From contig CAZCTS010000001.1 in the NCBI GenBank assembly GCA_964501635.1, positions 2,547 to 42,456 on the forward strand: a stretch of DNA of 39,910 nt, read 5' to 3'. The translations under genes were made by a program, and so were the position numbers. The notes below the pieces were generated by a model, which was not told where the DNA came from, searched no databases, and saw nothing but the letters and a program-made list of their open reading frames with translations. This document shows, piece by piece, positions 1 to 9,755 of this stretch; position 1 is the stretch's first letter, and each line of letters starts with the position of its first letter. This DNA is from an uncultured Oscillospiraceae bacterium (GTDB lineage Bacteria > Bacillota > Clostridia > Peptostreptococcales > Anaerovoracaceae).

Positions 1-455
1 ACTTGTTTGATCAGGGAGTCCTGTCTGCCCGTCACAAGGATGTAAAGGGTGTAGACGATGGCCGCGCCGATGAGCAGGTTGGGCACGATGTACATAGGGA
101 CCGTCATCATCGCCACTGAGATCCCCTGTATGATGAGGATCAGCAGGACAACGGAATTGTACACCACAAGGATCTTCCGCTGCGCCTCTGTGCGCAGAAC
201 GACGCTGTGTCCCATTTGGCTCGCCACTCCAAACAGCAGCGTCAGAAAGACGATCAGTACGATCGACCCCAGAAAACTGTCCACATTGTCCAGGTTCGAG
301 GGATAGCCGAGACTGAACATGACGTTCATGAGCAGGATGCCGGCTTGCTGCACGAATAGAAAGACCACCACCGACATAAACATTGCGAAAATATTGATGG
401 TAAACTGGCCTTGCCCGGCCGCCGGAGCTTTCTTTCTGTAGTTGGCTTGTTTCAT
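1..455 (-). CDS. hypothetical integral membrane protein; C-terminus runs off the window edge
   Basis: My own minus-strand translation from ATG (455-453) reads MKQANYRKKAPAAGQGQFTINIFAMFMSVVVFLFVQQAGILLMNVMFSLGYPSNLDNVDSFLGSIVLIVFLTLLFGVASQMGHSVVLRTEAQRKILVVYNSVVLLILIIQGISVAMMTVPMYIVPNLLIGAAIVYTLYILVTGRQDSLIKQ. It stays open to position 1 and has several hydrophobic helices. The listed + ORF 58..306 is its antisense shadow. Confidence 0.55.
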   Translation of the reverse strand, partial: MKQANYRKKAPAAGQGQFTINIFAMFMSVVVFLFVQQAGILLMNVMFSLGYPSNLDNVDSFLGSIVLIVFLTLLFGVASQMGHSVVLRTEAQRKILVVYNSVVLLILIIQGISVAMMTVPMYIVPNLLIGAAIVYTLYILVTGRQDSLIKQ

Positions 456-631
456 CTGCAGATCTCCGGTCGGGTTTGCAAGCTTAATTCGTACTTGTCC
501 ATTATAGCCGCAGCGTCTGCAAAATACAAGCGCTAATGAAGGATTTTTTAGGCTGAATTGATTTGCTTTTAGCGGATCGATTTGTTAGTATTGTTGTGTT
601 GTTACCTGTACTGGATGATATGGAGGACGAT

Positions 632-2050
632 ATGAAAAAAGTTGATATGATAGTCAAAGCTCCGCATTTCTATGCCATGGACGATGCCGGAGTCGGTTAT
701 AAATCCGGCGTGGTCATGATCGTGGACGGAGGAAAGATCCTGGAATTCTGCGACGCGGCCAAGGCGGAGGGCGAATACGAGGCAGAGGAAGTTCTGGCGC
801 TGGACCACCACGCGGTCTTCCCCGGCTTCATCGACGGGCACATGCACTCGGAGGACAACATTCTCAGAGGGCTGGCTCAGGACACCAACAACTGGATGAT
901 GTACGGTCTCCAGCCCTTTGCCAACGCCATGACGGTGGAAGACGGCCAGAAGGGCAGCTGCGTGGCCATCATCGAGGCCATCAAAGCGGGGACCACCACC
1001 CTGGGCGACCAAAACTTCGAGATCGACAGCATCGCCAGCTTCATCACCAAAGTGGGCGCCCGCGGCAATCTCACCCTGATGTTCCGGGCCGCAAAGCGCA
1101 AAGTGTACAACCCCGGTGAGTTGTATGAATTCGACGACGCCATGGGCGAAGCGGGACTGGTGGAAAACATCCGCATGTACGACAAGTGGCACAACAAGGG
1201 AAACATCCGTATCCTCTTCGGACCCCAGGGTCCGGACTTTATCAGCCCGGAAATGCTCCTGAAGACCCAGAAGATCGTCAAAGAGCGAAACACCAAGCTC
1301 CACCTGCACACCCAGCAGGGCGACCGGGAGACCTACCAGATCGTCCAGCGCTACGGCAAGCGCCCCGTGGCATTCCTGCAGGACATGGGCATTCTGGACA
1401 AAAGCCTGATGGCCATCCACCTGACCGACTGCAAGGACGAGGAGGCCAGAGTCGTGGCCCGCTCCGGCGCCTCCATGGTGGTGAACCCGGGATCCATCGC
1501 CATCATCGACGGCGTGGTCTGCCCCAGCGTGGTGTTCCAGGAGGCCGGCGGCAGCGTGGCCCTGGGCTCGGACCAGGCGCCGGGGAACAACTGCCACAAC
1601 ATCATCAACGAGATGAAAAACGTTTGTCTTTTCAATAAAATCAAATATGCCAATCCGGAAGTGATGCCCGCCTGGCGCGCGCTGCGCATGGCCACTATCG
1701 AAGGGGCCAAAGCCGTAGGCGCCGACGATATCGTGGGTTCCCTGGAACCCGGCAAGCAGGCGGACTTCATTGCGGTGGATCTGAACTTCCCCTCCATGCT
1801 GCCGGTATTTACCCATCCCATGCGCAACATCGTGCCCAACCTGGTCTACAGCGCCAGAGGGGAAGAAGTGTCTCATTCCGTCGTGGCCGGGAAAGTGGTC
1901 ATGAGGGACCGGAGACTGGTCAACATCGACGAGCAGGCTTACCTGGAAGCGGTCAAGGATCGTCCGGAAGTGATCGGCAAGCGGGCGGAAAAGGAGTTCT
2001 ACGCCATCAACGGCACCAACGCGCATTTCATGAAGGAAGGAAAACTCTAG
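632..2050 (+). CDS. metal-dependent amidohydrolase (deaminase/chlorohydrolase-like, SsnA/MtaD-related)
   Basis: Taken from ORF 563..2050, with the start moved to in-frame ATG 632 preceded by GGAGGA (622-627). Motifs: GFIDGHMH (HxH metal site), KLHLHTQQ, AIHLTD and LGSDQAPGNN (C-terminal Asp ligand). Confidence 0.85.
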   Translation: MKKVDMIVKAPHFYAMDDAGVGYKSGVVMIVDGGKILEFCDAAKAEGEYEAEEVLALDHHAVFPGFIDGHMHSEDNILRGLAQDTNNWMMYGLQPFANAMTVEDGQKGSCVAIIEAIKAGTTTLGDQNFEIDSIASFITKVGARGNLTLMFRAAKRKVYNPGELYEFDDAMGEAGLVENIRMYDKWHNKGNIRILFGPQGPDFISPEMLLKTQKIVKERNTKLHLHTQQGDRETYQIVQRYGKRPVAFLQDMGILDKSLMAIHLTDCKDEEARVVARSGASMVVNPGSIAIIDGVVCPSVVFQEAGGSVALGSDQAPGNNCHNIINEMKNVCLFNKIKYANPEVMPAWRALRMATIEGAKAVGADDIVGSLEPGKQADFIAVDLNFPSMLPVFTHPMRNIVPNLVYSARGEEVSHSVVAGKVVMRDRRLVNIDEQAYLEAVKDRPEVIGKRAEKEFYAINGTNAHFMKEGKL

Positions 2051-3274
2051 GTGGGGTTCAAGGACCGGCAGCCGGGCAGCGCCATCAAAATTTTTGCCAT
2101 GGCCGTTTTTTGCTTCGCCCTGATGGAAGGCTTCAGCATCAATATCTTTTCCAATTACCTGGTGGACGCCTTCAACATCAGCGACGAGGTGAGGGGCCTG
2201 ATCGAAACGCCCCGGGAACTGCCCGGCATCCTGGGCATGTTCATCCTTTCCGCTCTGGTGCTTTATGCGGATGTGACGCTGGCTATCATGGCCCAAGCCC
2301 TTTGCATCGTGGGTCTGCTGGTGATGGGCGTGTTTTCTCCGGACTTTAAGGCGATGATCCTTTTTATGTTCGTCTATTCCATGGGCGCCCACCTCTACTA
2401 CCCGCTGGAGGCTTCCATCGGCCTGAGCCTGTCGGAGGAAGGGAAGGTGGGCGCCACGCTGGGGCGCATCAAATCCTTTTCCACCTTTGGCTATTTTATT
2501 TCGGCCATCGCCGTGTTCTTTGGGTTTCGCGGCGGGTTTTTCGATTTTAAAACGCCGGTCAAACTCTCTTTTGTTGTGGCCGCTCTTTCCTGCGCCACCG
2601 CTTCGGTGCTGCTGCTGAGCCTGCGCAAGAACCTGGCGGGGGGGCCCCGGCGGGAGAAGAGCAAGCTTCTGTTCAAAAAGGACTACCTCCCGTATTATTT
2701 GATCACCTTCGCCTATGGCTGCCAGAAAAGGATCCGCCTGGTGTTCGGCTTGTGGGTCTTCGTAAAACTGCTGGGGTACAAGGCGGACTTTACGGCGCTC
2801 CTGCTGATCGCCGCGGCAGCGGTGGGCATGTTTCTCTCTCCGCTGTTCGGCAGGCTGCTGGACATTTTGGGCCTCCGAAAAGCCATGTTCTTCGAGAGCG
2901 CATATATGATTATAATGTTCGGAGCATTTGGACTCCTGGCCCGCAGTTTTGCCCAGAGCCAGGCGCCGCCCTCGCCGATTTTGCTGGGGGCGACCGTGCT
3001 GATATTCATCGGATCCGACGCCACCCGGTTTTTCGAGATGTTCCACGCCTACACCATGCGCTGCATCGCAAAGACACCGGCGGACATCACGCCCAGCTTG
3101 TCAGTGGGCCAGGCGGTGGACCACGTGATGGCCATGTCCATCTCCCCGGTGTTCGGCATCATCTGGGCTGCCTGGGGACCCCAGTGGGTCTTCTGGCTGG
3201 CTGGGGCTTCGGCCCTGGTCCAGCTGTACGTGGGCCTTGGTTTTCCAAAGGAAAGCGTCTGCGATCAGGCATAG
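2051..3274 (+). CDS. MFS-type transporter (about 12 hydrophobic helices)
   Basis: ORF 2051..3274. The GTG start directly abuts the upstream TAG (2048-2050), and GAAGGAAGG lies at 2032-2040. The protein is hydrophobic throughout. An alternative start is ATG 2099. It is probably co-transcribed with the amidohydrolase. Confidence 0.75.
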   Translation: MGFKDRQPGSAIKIFAMAVFCFALMEGFSINIFSNYLVDAFNISDEVRGLIETPRELPGILGMFILSALVLYADVTLAIMAQALCIVGLLVMGVFSPDFKAMILFMFVYSMGAHLYYPLEASIGLSLSEEGKVGATLGRIKSFSTFGYFISAIAVFFGFRGGFFDFKTPVKLSFVVAALSCATASVLLLSLRKNLAGGPRREKSKLLFKKDYLPYYLITFAYGCQKRIRLVFGLWVFVKLLGYKADFTALLLIAAAAVGMFLSPLFGRLLDILGLRKAMFFESAYMIIMFGAFGLLARSFAQSQAPPSPILLGATVLIFIGSDATRFFEMFHAYTMRCIAKTPADITPSLSVGQAVDHVMAMSISPVFGIIWAAWGPQWVFWLAGASALVQLYVGLGFPKESVCDQA

Positions 3275-3288
3275 CTTACAAACAGGAG

Positions 3289-3333
3289 CAGCCGGCCGGA
3301 AGCCTTGTGCTTCCGGCCGGCTGTTTGTTTTTT
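3289..3333 (+). terminator. rho-independent terminator between convergent genes
   Basis: A perfect 15-bp stem, CAGCCGGCCGGAAGC (3289-3303) with GCTTCCGGCCGGCTG (3309-3323), is followed by TTTGTTTTTT. Confidence 0.8.
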
Positions 3334-3361
3334 AGAGTAACGAGCCCAGTATCTCCGCAGA

Positions 3362-3910
3362 CTATTTTGTCCGGATCGCCATCATCCAATAGTGATTGCC
3401 GTTCCAGTCGAACTTGCCGGACTCCGTCATGCCGCCCTTCCGGGTGTGCGCCGCGTAGGAGCGGGGATTGATCTGGTTGATAAAGGTGACCATATACGGA
3501 AAGCGGTCCGCCATGCTCTCCAGGGAGAAATTGAACACTTTTTCAAACAGGCCCGTTCCCCGGTAGTTTTTATCGATGCAGATGGGTCCATACTGATAAG
3601 AGTTTTCTGTCGTCATAGGCTGGCCGTCCAAGTCGTAGGATCCCAGAATGTCGATCATGTAGGCAAACAGGGGCCAGGGCTTCCAGTAATCCCAGGCGCC
3701 GGCCAGGGCAAACGCAACTACCTTGCCTTCGTCCACGGCCACGGTGACGCCGTTTTCCCGGTCGATCAAGTCACAGAGCTGCTCCTTGGAAATGTTGGTG
3801 GTGACGAATCCGTTCTTCTTTTCTTCCTCCGGCACGTTGTTGGCGTGGTTGGCCTGCAGCAAAGCCAGCAGGCCGTCCAGATCAGCAGGGGTCGCGTAGC
3901 GAATTTCCAT
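3362..3910 (-). CDS. GNAT-family N-acetyltransferase
   Basis: 182-aa ORF. It carries an acetyl-CoA-binding-type motif YRGTGLFEKVF (R-x-x-G-x-G) and has the size typical of a single GNAT domain. AGGAGG lies upstream of the ATG on the minus strand. Confidence 0.8.
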   Translation of the reverse strand: MEIRYATPADLDGLLALLQANHANNVPEEEKKNGFVTTNISKEQLCDLIDRENGVTVAVDEGKVVAFALAGAWDYWKPWPLFAYMIDILGSYDLDGQPMTTENSYQYGPICIDKNYRGTGLFEKVFNFSLESMADRFPYMVTFINQINPRSYAAHTRKGGMTESGKFDWNGNHYWMMAIRTK

Positions 3911-3963
3911 GGGTAGTACCTCCTTTAAGGGTTGAGATGGCTTCAGACGTCTTGGTTCGTTTC

Positions 3964-5187
3964 TTATAAAAATCTGGTCAGAAGCAGATAATAAGGGATC
4001 GTAAACAGGCAGAATATAGCGATGATGGGGATGGCTCTGCGGACCAGGGTCATCATAGGCACATCGAAATAGTCCGCGATGATGAAGAGGCAGATGTGGG
4101 TGGGGGACACCTGCATGGCTGCGTAGGCGAAGCTCATCAGCAGCACCATCAGGGGCATTCCGCCGCCGGGTATCGCCGCAAAGGCCATCACGGTGCAGAT
4201 GGCGATGATGGCCTGGGAGCCGGCCACCACGGTGCCGAAGAAAAAAATCAAGGCAAACACCAGAAAGGTGGGCACCGGCAGTTTCGAAAAGAAATCGGGC
4301 AGGGCTTCCACGGCGCCGGTGTACAGGATAAAATCCTTGAACACCATGATCAGGTAGGTGTTCAGGAGCATGGGCGGCTCAAAGGCGCTGCGCAGCAGCG
4401 GGGCCACGGTTTTGGGCGTATAGCGGTATACGGGCAGGCACAGGGCGGTCACCAGAAGCACCGCCATTAGAACCGTCCATTCAAAGGCGATGATCAGGAC
4501 GATAATGGCAACCAGGGTCCAGAGATGCAGGAACAGCTGCAGCAACTCCTTTGGTTTATTGTCCGACGGGGCAAGACCGGTATGTTTGGGGATCCTGCGA
4601 ATGTAAAACCAGTACCCCAGCGCGAAGAGCAGCACCTCCAGGGGCATCATGCCCAGCACGAAGTCGCCGGGACGGACGCCGGACAATTCGCACATCATGA
4701 TGATCGCGGCGTAGGTGGGCAGAAAGCTTTCGGGGATATGGCGAAAATAGCTGGTGACAAAGGCCTGCTCCTCGATGCTCAGATCCTCGCCGACGGTGTC
4801 CTTTACGATCTGTCCGCAGATGATGGCCGCCGCGGCCGAGGGCAAGAGCCCGATAAAAATCGGCGCCAGCGTGACGTTGATCCTGCGGTTGTTGAACAGA
4901 CCGTTCAGGTTCTGCTGGGCCAGCCTCAGCTGCGCCCGGTCCTCCAGCATGCGCTGCAGGAAGGTGATAAGATAAAGGATGAGGACCAGGGAAAGGGTGG
5001 TGAAGGACGTGGTGGCGCCGACCCAGAGGGTCATCACCCGGAGCGGCGGTATAGAATAGATCAGGATCGTAACCGCGATCGTGACCAGCATGGACTTTGT
5101 CAGTTTAAGCCCTGCCCGCAGGGACAGGATCAATGCCACAAATACCGCGGTGAGCTTGGCCACCTGCAGGAGAATGCCGTAATCCAT
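3964..5187 (-). CDS. polytopic membrane protein, putative transporter (possibly DUF401-like)
   Basis: 407-aa ORF that is hydrophobic along its whole length, with 10 or more helices. Its ATG (5187-5185) directly abuts the stop of the upstream CBS gene (5190-5188). The family name is only a guess. Confidence 0.7.
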   Translation of the reverse strand: MDYGILLQVAKLTAVFVALILSLRAGLKLTKSMLVTIAVTILIYSIPPLRVMTLWVGATTSFTTLSLVLILYLITFLQRMLEDRAQLRLAQQNLNGLFNNRRINVTLAPIFIGLLPSAAAAIICGQIVKDTVGEDLSIEEQAFVTSYFRHIPESFLPTYAAIIMMCELSGVRPGDFVLGMMPLEVLLFALGYWFYIRRIPKHTGLAPSDNKPKELLQLFLHLWTLVAIIVLIIAFEWTVLMAVLLVTALCLPVYRYTPKTVAPLLRSAFEPPMLLNTYLIMVFKDFILYTGAVEALPDFFSKLPVPTFLVFALIFFFGTVVAGSQAIIAICTVMAFAAIPGGGMPLMVLLMSFAYAAMQVSPTHICLFIIADYFDVPMMTLVRRAIPIIAIFCLFTIPYYLLLTRFL

Positions 5188-5625
5188 TCAGCGCTCTTTC
5201 TTATTGTCCAGGAGGTTGAGAAAATATTTTAAAATATCCCTTCGGGTGACCATGCCGATAAAGGATCCGGCATCGTCGATGACGGGGATAAAATTCTGCT
5301 CCAGAGACCGGGACAGCAGTTTCTCCGGCGAGGCGGTGATGGGCACCGGCGGATTTTTATCCCGGTCCAGGAGATCGCGGATCGACTCGGATTCCAGACT
5401 TTGCATCGGTTTTTCCGTCAGTTCCTGGGCGGAAGTTTCGTCTTTAAGGATATGCCAGAGAAAATCTCCTTCGCTGATGGTGTTTAAATATTTGCCTTCC
5501 CGGCTGATGACAGGGATCGCAGTATAGCCGTGATGTTTCATCTTCTCCAATCCCTGCCGCAACGTATAGTCCTCGTAGAGAAAGGCGACTTCGCTCTTGG
5601 GAATGAGAAAAAATGCGATATTCAT
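5188..5625 (-). CDS. stand-alone CBS-pair domain protein (CbpB/DarB-like size and layout)
   Basis: 145 aa with two CBS-like repeats (HHGYTAIPVISREGKYLNTISEGDF and NFIPVIDDAGSFIGMVTRRDILKYF). There is no other domain. Confidence 0.8.
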   Translation of the reverse strand: MNIAFFLIPKSEVAFLYEDYTLRQGLEKMKHHGYTAIPVISREGKYLNTISEGDFLWHILKDETSAQELTEKPMQSLESESIRDLLDRDKNPPVPITASPEKLLSRSLEQNFIPVIDDAGSFIGMVTRRDILKYFLNLLDNKKER

Positions 5626-5642
5626 CCGATACCTCTTTCTTC

Positions 5643-6536
5643 CTAAAACAACAGTGAAAGGCAGCCGAGTACAAAACCGATCAGGCCCCCCAGATTGACG
5701 ATCGCATTCAACTCTCTCTTCATAATGGAAAAAATGAGATCCTCCAGTTCCCTGACATCCATGCGGTTGATCCGGTCTTCCACGATGGAGGCCACATCGA
5801 GGGCCGAAAAAACATTTCCCAGATCCCGGCTTACGACCCGGTCATAGATTTTTGTAAGGGACAGTTTGATCTGTTCCTGGGAAATGCCGCTGTCTGAAAG
5901 CATGCCGTCCAGATCCAGGTCAGACAGTTCCTGAATTTCCTTCTCGACCAGGGGCTGGAGAAGACGTTCTCCGTCGGTGTCCAAAATTTCGCGGATCCTG
6001 TCGGCCGCCGCGCCGCTGATGGATTCCACCGCGTTCCCGCTCATGAACAGAACGGCCAGGGCGCCCAGGTTTTTTTCGATAAAAGGCTGGATCTCCTGCA
6101 CCAGCAAGCGGTTCAGATCCATGGAATGGATCTCGGACAGGATGCGCCGGCTGATCCATCCGGCGGTATATTCCCTGATCCGCTCTGCCTCTGAAGATCC
6201 TACGGATTCTGTCAGGACCTGTTGTATCGTAGCCCCTTTCAGCGCGGAAAAGAAAGCGGAAGAAACTTCGGCGATGATGCCGGAGCGGACACTTTCAGAA
6301 AGCAGTTTATTTTGGATCTCCTCCGAGGTGAGCAGGTGATCCTGAACCATTTTCCCCATGGACGCGCTCAGTTCTCCCTGCCTTTTGGGGATCATGCCGG
6401 GCGTGAAAGGAATGTGGAATTTTCCGATGTAGAGCGAGCGATAAGGCCGAAACAGCATCTTTACAGCCAGGGAATTGGTGATGTATCCGATCAAAGAGCC
6501 AAGCAGTGGAGTGAGCAGAAAAGTCAGTCGGTCCAT
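5643..6536 (-). CDS. DUF445/UPF0754-like membrane protein
   Basis: 297 aa. The N-terminus LLGSLIGYITNSLAVKMLFRPY and the C-terminal helix LGGLIGFVLGCLSLLF match the characteristic ends of DUF445 proteins. Confidence 0.7.
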   Translation of the reverse strand: MDRLTFLLTPLLGSLIGYITNSLAVKMLFRPYRSLYIGKFHIPFTPGMIPKRQGELSASMGKMVQDHLLTSEEIQNKLLSESVRSGIIAEVSSAFFSALKGATIQQVLTESVGSSEAERIREYTAGWISRRILSEIHSMDLNRLLVQEIQPFIEKNLGALAVLFMSGNAVESISGAAADRIREILDTDGERLLQPLVEKEIQELSDLDLDGMLSDSGISQEQIKLSLTKIYDRVVSRDLGNVFSALDVASIVEDRINRMDVRELEDLIFSIMKRELNAIVNLGGLIGFVLGCLSLLF

Positions 6537-6659
6537 AGAATGTTTCCTCCAAAAATTGAACTATAATTCATTGTACACTACGGCGGCCTACTTTGCACTT
6601 GGAAAATACGCCCGTCTGTGATACTATTTAATGGCATTTCAAAAAGGAAGGGGTATTTT

Positions 6660-7187
6660 ATGATTGAGACAGCGGTGCTGATCACGTGCCTTAAAATTTT
6701 TTCGTTTCGCATTCTGGATGTCACCTTGAGCACGGTTCGAATGGTCCTTACCGTCAAGGAAAAAGCGCTGACGTCAGCCATGGTGGGCTTCGTGGAGGTC
6801 TTCATCTGGTACTCCATCGTCAGGGAAGCCCTGACGTCCACCGGACCTTTCCTCCCTACCGCCATCGCCTATGCCGGCGGCTTTGCGACAGGCACTTTCG
6901 TGGGTGGAAAAGTGGCGAAAAAATTCATCAGGGGACATGTGGTGGTTTCGGTGGTCACGACCGGACAGAACAACCAGGTGGTGGCCGCCCTCAGAGAGGC
7001 TGGTTTTGCCGTCACGGTCATGAATGTGAACAAATCGGAATTCGCCGACGAAAAATATATGCTGATCTCCGATGTGGATAAATCCAGGCTTGCCGCTTTC
7101 CAAAGCCTGGTGGAAGAATTCGACCCGGGCGCTTTTATGGTCGTCCAGGAAACCAAGAATGTGATCGGCGGTTATTCAGCCAAATAG
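6660..7187 (+). CDS. UPF0316-family membrane protein with C-terminal DUF2179-like domain
   Basis: Taken from ORF 6618..7187, with the start moved to ATG 6660 (AAGGAAGGGG at 6644-6653). It has three N-terminal helices, then a soluble tail VVSVVTTGQNNQVVAALREAGFAVTVMNV. Confidence 0.7.
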   Translation: MIETAVLITCLKIFSFRILDVTLSTVRMVLTVKEKALTSAMVGFVEVFIWYSIVREALTSTGPFLPTAIAYAGGFATGTFVGGKVAKKFIRGHVVVSVVTTGQNNQVVAALREAGFAVTVMNVNKSEFADEKYMLISDVDKSRLAAFQSLVEEFDPGAFMVVQETKNVIGGYSAK

Positions 7188-7203
7188 TTCCGGAGGAGAC
7201 AGG

Positions 7204-8613
7204 GTGGGTCGGCTTCAATTCAGGTCCAAATTCGTACGTCATACAGCATCCGCAGCATTGATCCTTTGTTTTCTGGGCCTTTGGACCCTGCAATGCTTCG
7301 CGGAAGGCCAGCCAGCAGCGCAGCTTCTTCAGTCCGAGATCACCATTCAGGATCCGGCGGGGGTGTCCTACAATCACAAACAGCTGCTGGACGGCCGAAC
7401 CGCCACGAAGCTGGAACTCCCCGGAAGAACAGAAATGACCATCCACACCCAGGAAAAAATCCGGGGTATTTATCTGATATGGGACAAACCGCCGGGTCTC
7501 TGGGCGCTGCAGGCAGAAGAAGCGACGCGCACTTCCATGTATCTGCAGGGAGAGAACGGCTGGATCCACGAATACGTGGAGCTGTCCGAGCCCGCTTCGG
7601 ATCTGACCCTCGTCATGCCGGATTCGCCGGTCCTTCTCTGCGAGCTGAGCCTCTACGGCCAGGGCGTCCTGCCCGATTCGGTGCAGGTTTGGGAACCGCC
7701 TTACAGCGATGCGGATATGCTGCTCCTGCCCACCCATGCGGACGACGAACATCTTTTCTTCGGGGGGACCATGCCCTATTATGCCGGGGAATTGGGATAC
7801 AAAGTGCAGGTGGCCTATCTGACCAACCACTGGGCGGAGCCTTACCGTTCCCACGAACTGCTGAACGGCCTTTGGACCGTTGGGATTCGAGCCTATCCGG
7901 TGATCAGCGATTTTCCGGACTACTATTCTGACAGCCTGGAGCACGCCAAAGGCCTGTATGACCTTGATCAGATGTTCGCTTTCCAGACCGGGCTTCTCCG
8001 GCGCTTTAAGCCGGAAGTCGTGATCGGCCACGACATCCAGGGGGAATATGGACACGGGGTCCACATGCTGAATGCATGGGTCCTGCAGCAAGCCGTCACC
8101 CTGGCGGCCCAGGAATCTTATCTGCCGGAGCAGATCCGGGAATGGGGCGCTTTCCAGACAAGCAAAGTGTACCTTCATCTCTATCCGGAAAATCCGCTGC
8201 TGATGGACTGGAACATTCCGCTGAAAGCCTTCGGCGGAAGGACCGCTTTCGAAATGGCCGAAGCGGGTTTCGCGCAGCATCTGTCCCAGCAGCAGTATTT
8301 CTCCGTCCGGACTGACGGCGTTTACGATTGCAGGGCATTTGGATTGTACTATACTAACGTAGGGGAAGACTCAGCCGATCAATCCCCCGATTTCTTTCAA
8401 AACATCGAAGTCTTTTCGGATGAACCCGCGCAGGATCCCCGGACCGAGCCGGCGGAGACGGATCCGGAGCCGCTTCCGGAGGGGGATGCGGGCAATGGCA
8501 GCAGTCCTTTTTGGGCAGCGCCTGGCATCCAAAAGGCCATTGGGGTGACCGGCATCCTGGCGGCAATATTTATGGTCTTTCTGCTGTGGGGCAGGAACAG
8601 GAATCAAAGATGA
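7204..8613 (+). CDS. membrane-anchored PIG-L/LmbE-family deacetylase
   Basis: GTG 7204 follows GGAGGAGAC. The protein has an N-terminal signal or anchor (AALILCFLGLWTLQCFA), an LLLPTHADDEHLFFGG motif (the HxDDE signature of LmbE-like deacetylases), a Pro/Glu-rich linker and a C-terminal TM helix (GILAAIFMVFLLWG). Confidence 0.75.
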   Translation: MGRLQFRSKFVRHTASAALILCFLGLWTLQCFAEGQPAAQLLQSEITIQDPAGVSYNHKQLLDGRTATKLELPGRTEMTIHTQEKIRGIYLIWDKPPGLWALQAEEATRTSMYLQGENGWIHEYVELSEPASDLTLVMPDSPVLLCELSLYGQGVLPDSVQVWEPPYSDADMLLLPTHADDEHLFFGGTMPYYAGELGYKVQVAYLTNHWAEPYRSHELLNGLWTVGIRAYPVISDFPDYYSDSLEHAKGLYDLDQMFAFQTGLLRRFKPEVVIGHDIQGEYGHGVHMLNAWVLQQAVTLAAQESYLPEQIREWGAFQTSKVYLHLYPENPLLMDWNIPLKAFGGRTAFEMAEAGFAQHLSQQQYFSVRTDGVYDCRAFGLYYTNVGEDSADQSPDFFQNIEVFSDEPAQDPRTEPAETDPEPLPEGDAGNGSSPFWAAPGIQKAIGVTGILAAIFMVFLLWGRNRNQR

Positions 8614-9755
8614 CACCATTGGACCACATCGTGAATATCGAAATCTCCGACGATCGCTTTGCACAGCTGATGGTCGTAGTGCCCTCCCTGAATCCGGACG
8701 AGAAACTGCTTCAAGTGGTGGACGGGATGATCCGGGCCGGCTTTTCGCATGTCCTTTTAGTGGACGATGGCAGCGACCCGGCGCATCAGGCGCCTTTTCG
8801 GTCGGCGGAAAGCCGTCCTCAGTGCACGGTGCTGCGCCACGAAACAAACAAAGGGAAAGGGCGGGCGCTGAAGACCGCCTTTGAATACATCAACCGGGAG
8901 CGAAAGGATATCCTGGGTGTGATCACTGCGGACGGAGACAACCAGCATAAGCCGGCGGATGCGAAAAAATTGGCCGAAGGGCTCCTGCAGGAGCCCGGAA
9001 CGGTGATGCTGGGCGTCCGAAACTTCAAGGAAAAGCAGGTCCCCCTGCACAACCGCATGGGCAATACGATCACCAGCATCGTCTTCCGCCTGCTGTGCGG
9101 CATTACCCTGTCCGACACTCAGACCGGGCTGAGGGGAATCTCTGCGGAATACCTGCCCCGTTTCGCCCGAATCGGCGGGGAACGATTCGAGTACGAAACC
9201 AACATGCTCCTCTATATGAAGACCGAAGGAATCGGTTTTCGGGAGATCCCCATCGAAACGGTCTACATCCAGAACAACGCCACGTCCCACTTCAATCCTC
9301 TCACAGACTCGGCCAAGATCTACGGGCCCATCCTGCGCTTCGCCGGCGGGTCCGCCGCTTCTTCGCTCATCGATCTGGCGCTGTTCACCCTGCTGGCCTG
9401 GCTGCTGCGCGACACGGGCAGCCTGGACCGGCAGATCCTGATCGCCACAGCGGGGGCCCGGGCAATCTCCTCTCTTTTCAATTACACGTTTAACCGAAAA
9501 GCGGTTTTTGCCAGCGACGAACCCAGGCGGGTCACTTTTTTCCGATATTATCTCCTGTGCATTGTCCAAATGCTGGTCTCGTATAAAGGGGTCGCGCTCC
9601 TGGTCGGGGCCACAGGCTTCGCCGGATTGGGGAAAACCGCCATTAAACTGCTGGTAGACACAATATTGTTTATGATGACCTTTCAAATTCAACGGGAATG
9701 GGTTTTTCAAAAGAAAAAGGCAGACCATTATACCGACAAAGGAGAGCGCTTATGA
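8610..9755 (+). CDS. family-2 glycosyltransferase fused to a GtrA-like membrane domain
   Basis: Start ATG 8610 overlaps the upstream stop (ATGA). The N-terminal part has VVVPSLNPDEK...LLVDDGSD...ITADGDNQH (GT2, DxD-like). The C-terminal four helices end in NYTFNRKAVF and QREWVF (GtrA-like). Confidence 0.8.
   Translation: MTPLDHIVNIEISDDRFAQLMVVVPSLNPDEKLLQVVDGMIRAGFSHVLLVDDGSDPAHQAPFRSAESRPQCTVLRHETNKGKGRALKTAFEYINRERKDILGVITADGDNQHKPADAKKLAEGLLQEPGTVMLGVRNFKEKQVPLHNRMGNTITSIVFRLLCGITLSDTQTGLRGISAEYLPRFARIGGERFEYETNMLLYMKTEGIGFREIPIETVYIQNNATSHFNPLTDSAKIYGPILRFAGGSAASSLIDLALFTLLAWLLRDTGSLDRQILIATAGARAISSLFNYTFNRKAVFASDEPRRVTFFRYYLLCIVQMLVSYKGVALLVGATGFAGLGKTAIKLLVDTILFMMTFQIQREWVFQKKKADHYTDKGERL

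Noticed and set aside
455-632. The divergent intergenic region upstream of the first amidohydrolase, checked for a purine or other riboswitch.
   Set aside because: I could not find conserved riboswitch core sequences or a convincing terminator/antiterminator pair. It probably contains only promoters.
602-3046. An 814-aa minus-strand ORF spanning the amidohydrolase and MFS genes.
   Set aside because: It is antisense to two well-supported + strand genes. Its translation is a low-complexity Gly/His/Arg/Val-rich string with no recognisable motifs. This is the typical stop-codon-poor shadow ORF of a GC-rich, codon-biased region.
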